Source of the DNA: Candidatus Limnocylindria bacterium | GTDB taxonomy: Bacteria; Chloroflexota; Limnocylindria; P2-11E | NCBI GenBank assembly: GCA_036565345.1 | Contig: DATCNH010000047.1 | Span: forward strand, 1-63,572 | Reading direction: 5' to 3' | Length of the DNA: 63,572 bases | Notes under the pieces: generated by a model | The model's database searches: none | What the model saw: only the letters and a program-made list of their open reading frames with translations | What the model was told of the DNA's origin: nothing | Shown: piece by piece, positions 61,146 through 63,572 of the stretch | Position numbering within the stretch: the first letter of the stretch is position 1 | Layout: each line of letters begins with the position of its first letter | Translations under genes and position numbers: made by a program

Positions 61146-62260
61146 GCGACATCGTCGTCGTCGGCCTCGGTGCCGATGGCAGCGCCGCGGCGGCGCATCT
61201 GGCCCGGCGAGGCGAGCGGGTCCTCGGCCTGGAGGCCTTCGCCCGCGGGCATACCCTCGGCTCCTCGGGCGGCCGCACCCGCGTCATCCGGCTCGCCTAC
61301 TACGAGCATCCGGACTATGTCCCGCTCCTCCGCCGCGCCTGGACGCTCTGGCGCGAGCTGGAGGCCGCGACCGGCGAGGAGCTGCTCCGACAGACCGGCG
61401 GCCTGTATGCCGGGCCGCGCGACGGGCCGCTCGTCGCCGGATCGCTCCGTAGCGCCGCCGAGCATGGCCTCGAGCACGAGGCCCTCGATCCTTCGGCCCT
61501 TCGCGCGCGGATGCCGCTCTTCCGATTCGATCCGGATTGGTGGGGCGTGTTCGAATCCTCCGCCGGATTCCTCTTCCCCGAGCGGGCGATCGCCGCGCAC
61601 CAACGCGAGGCCGAGCGCCACGGCGCGAGGCTGCGCTTCGATTCGCCGGTCACCGCGATCCGTGCCGAGCCGGGCGGCATCGCGGTCGACACCGTTGGTG
61701 GGACCGTGCGCGCAGATCGGGTCGTCGTGACCGCGGGCGCCTGGAACGGCCGCCTGCTCCCGACCCTCGCGCCGCTGCTGCAGGTACGCCGGGTCCCGCT
61801 GTTCTGGTTCGAGCCGGCGGGCGACCGCGAGGCGCTGGCCCGGCTGCCGGTGTATATCGTGGACAGCGGCCAGGCGCACGGCTGCTACGGCTTCCCCTAC
61901 CTCGCCGATCAGGGGCTCAAGGTCGCCACCCACGGTGCCGGCACACCCTGCGACCCGGACACCCTCGACCGCGAGACGACCGCCGCCGATGCACTACCAG
62001 TCGAACGGTTCCTGGCCGAGCGTTTGCCGGCGGGGCAGGGTGCGCTACGGTCGACCAAGGTGTGCATGTACACGGTCACCCCGGACGAGCATTTCGTCAT
62101 CGACGCCTTGGTCGACGAGGATCGGATCGTCTATGCGTCGGCCTGCAGCGGGCATGGGTTCAAGTTCGCGAGCGTGATCGGCGAGGTCCTCGCCGATCTC
62201 GCGACGGCCGGCCGCACCGAGCACGAGATCGCGTTCCTGTCGCGCCGGCGCTTCGCGTGA
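61142..62260 (+). CDS. solA: N-methyl-L-tryptophan / monomeric sarcosine oxidase-type FAD oxidoreductase
   Basis: 372 aa in an ATGA overlap. Dinucleotide fold VVVGLGADGSAAA and SGGRTRVIRLAYYEHPDYVPL. The covalent-FAD Cys context is ACSGHGFKF. Confidence 0.8.
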   Translation: MSDIVVVGLGADGSAAAAHLARRGERVLGLEAFARGHTLGSSGGRTRVIRLAYYEHPDYVPLLRRAWTLWRELEAATGEELLRQTGGLYAGPRDGPLVAGSLRSAAEHGLEHEALDPSALRARMPLFRFDPDWWGVFESSAGFLFPERAIAAHQREAERHGARLRFDSPVTAIRAEPGGIAVDTVGGTVRADRVVVTAGAWNGRLLPTLAPLLQVRRVPLFWFEPAGDREALARLPVYIVDSGQAHGCYGFPYLADQGLKVATHGAGTPCDPDTLDRETTAADALPVERFLAERLPAGQGALRSTKVCMYTVTPDEHFVIDALVDEDRIVYASACSGHGFKFASVIGEVLADLATAGRTEHEIAFLSRRRFA

Positions 62261-62367
62261 CCGGCGAGCAGCTGCACCGCCTCTACCTCATCGTCAGCGC
62301 GGTCGCCGCGGGGCTGCTCATCTTCTACATCTTCTGGAATCTCGCGACCGGAGCGCCGCCGAGGTAG
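62257..62367 (+). CDS. Possible 36-aa single-TM peptide
   Basis: GTG 62257 overlaps the solA TGA (GTGA). VTGEQLHRLYLIVSAVAAGLLIFYIFWNLATGAPPR has one clean TM helix. Nearly all third positions are G/C. No strong RBS. Confidence 0.35.
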   Translation: MTGEQLHRLYLIVSAVAAGLLIFYIFWNLATGAPPR

Positions 62368-62501
62368 CTCCTCATCGAGCCTGACCCGCCTGGGGCCACA
62401 TCCGCGCGGGATCGTCGTCGGGCCGTCGTTGGCCGCCGCTGCGCCGCACCCGGCTAGACTTCGTCCTGACCATCGCCGCCCCCCGCCAAGGAGCCGCACC
62501 C

Positions 62502-63572
62502 GTGCCGCAGATCACCCCTGACATGACCATCGCCTCGGTCACCGATCGCTGGCCCGACGCCGCCCGGATCTTCGCCCGCTATGGCCTCGGCTGCGCCTCC
62601 TGCGCGATCAGCAAGAGCGAGACGGTGCTCCAGGGCGCGACCGGGCACGGCGGCGGCCGGGTGAACGTCGACGACCTGCTGCGGGACCTCAACCAGTTCG
62701 CCGACACCGGCACCCTCCCGGCGGGCCTGCCCGAGGCCAGCGCGGTCGCCCCCGGCGGCGGCGGCGGGATGAAGACCAAGGGCATCGCCGAGCAGGCCGG
62801 GATCCAGTTCGTCATCGCGGTGATGTCCGGCAAGGGCGGGGTCGGCAAGTCCCTGGTCGCCGGGCTGCTGGCGGTCGGCCTGCGCCGCCGGGGGTTCAAG
62901 GTCGGGGTCCTCGACGGGGATATCACCGGCCCCTCGATCCCCCGGATGTTCGGGATCCGTGGCAAGCCGGAGGTCCACGATGGGAAGACCCTCAGCCCGC
63001 CGACCTCGGTCGGCGGGATCCCGATCATGTCGATGAACCTGCTCCTGCCGAGCGAGGAGGAGGCGGTGATCTGGCGCGGGCCGATGGTCTCCGGGGCGAT
63101 CCGCCAGTTCTTCAGCGATGTCGCCTGGGGCGAGCTGGACTACCTCATCGTCGATCTCCCCCCGGGGACCAGCGACGCCCCGCTGACGGTGATGCAGGCC
63201 CTCCCGATCGCCGGGGTCGTCCTGGTCACCACCCCCCAGGCCCTGGCGACGATGGTCGTGACCAAGGCGGTGAAGCTGGTCAAGCAGCTGGGCGGGGACA
63301 TCCTCGGCCTGGTCGAGAACATGTCCTATGTCCGGGGGCCCAGCGGGGAGCGGATGGAGGTCTTCGGCCCGTCCCAGGGGCTCAAGCTGGTCATCGCCGC
63401 GAACGCCCCGCTGCTGGCCCGGATCCCGATCGATCCGCAGATCGCCGCGCTCTGCGACGCCGGCGGGATCGAGCAGTACCAGGGGCCCGAGTTCGAGGAG
63501 CTGGTCGAGAACTTCCTCTCGGTCGCCCCGCAGGCCGCGGCGCCGGCGCCGGCCGGCGCGCACACCCACTAA
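62502..63572 (+). CDS. Mrp/ApbC/NBP35-family P-loop ATPase with N-terminal DUF1858-like domain
   Basis: GTG 62502 with AAGGAG 8 nt upstream. The N-terminal ITPDMTIASVTDRWPDAARIFARYGLGCASCAIS is DUF1858-like. Deviant Walker A is SGKGGVGKS, followed by DLPPGTSD and LGLVENMSY. The stop TAA falls at the window end. Confidence 0.8.
   Translation: MPQITPDMTIASVTDRWPDAARIFARYGLGCASCAISKSETVLQGATGHGGGRVNVDDLLRDLNQFADTGTLPAGLPEASAVAPGGGGGMKTKGIAEQAGIQFVIAVMSGKGGVGKSLVAGLLAVGLRRRGFKVGVLDGDITGPSIPRMFGIRGKPEVHDGKTLSPPTSVGGIPIMSMNLLLPSEEEAVIWRGPMVSGAIRQFFSDVAWGELDYLIVDLPPGTSDAPLTVMQALPIAGVVLVTTPQALATMVVTKAVKLVKQLGGDILGLVENMSYVRGPSGERMEVFGPSQGLKLVIAANAPLLARIPIDPQIAALCDAGGIEQYQGPEFEELVENFLSVAPQAAAPAPAGAHTH

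Noticed and set aside
1-63572. Searched by eye for mobile elements, prophage, toxin-antitoxin pairs, restriction-modification or other defence genes, and for compositional islands.
   Set aside because: No transposase, integrase, recombinase, nuclease/helicase defence signatures or inverted terminal repeats were seen. The only lower-GC patches are the rRNA leader (1-165) and short promoter or terminator spacers.

Overview
Gene-dense, very GC-rich bacterial chromosomal segment. Third codon positions are almost all G/C, so long spurious antisense ORFs are common in the ORF track. All calls come from reading the ORF translations and the DNA by eye; no searches or computations were run.

Content, left to right:
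- The window opens on the 5' edge of a minus-strand rRNA operon: the first ~20 nt of 16S, a boxA-like leader element and a TTGACC-N18-TATAGT promoter.
- Upstream on the same strand lies an origin-proximal type housekeeping block: SRP RNA, DUF1343/NamZ-like, dnaX, ybaB, recR.
- Two tRNA-Ser genes sit at ~5.0-5.3 kb and a tRNA-Arg(ACG) at 46.3 kb.
- The rest is core metabolism centred on branched-chain amino acids and acyl-CoA chemistry. It holds two complete Liv-type ABC importers, AzlCD, ilvE and pheA, plus leucine catabolism in liuB-liuC-liuD...liuE order (MCC beta, hydratase, MCC alpha, HMG-CoA lyase).
- Further acyl-CoA genes are two AMP-forming CoA ligases, a thiolase, four crotonase-fold enzymes, a two-subunit CoA-transferase and an aldehyde dehydrogenase.
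- An F420-dependent glucose-6-phosphate dehydrogenase suggests an F420-using Actinobacteria/Chloroflexi-like lineage.
- Many genes are joined by ATGA/GTGA overlaps.

I saw no transposases, integrases, CRISPR arrays or recognisable defence genes.

Most unusual items:
1. An Opp/Dpp-type permease fused through an extra TM helix to a ~450-aa extracytoplasmic PA/M28-like domain without catalytic ligands. It forms an orphan permease pair (no ATPase, no binding protein) immediately upstream of a Liv-type transporter.
2. An azlCD cassette embedded antisense, with zero intergenic DNA at either end, inside the methylcrotonyl-CoA carboxylase operon.
3. A tandem DUF4242 protein divergent from a cyclase-homology/STAND/TPR giant.
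4. An Mrp/ApbC-type ATPase that has lost its CxxC and carries an N-terminal DUF1858-like CxxC domain.
5. A PPOX-family gene interrupted by a single in-frame TAG.
6. A HAD gene whose ATG lies 4 nt after a tRNA 3' end.
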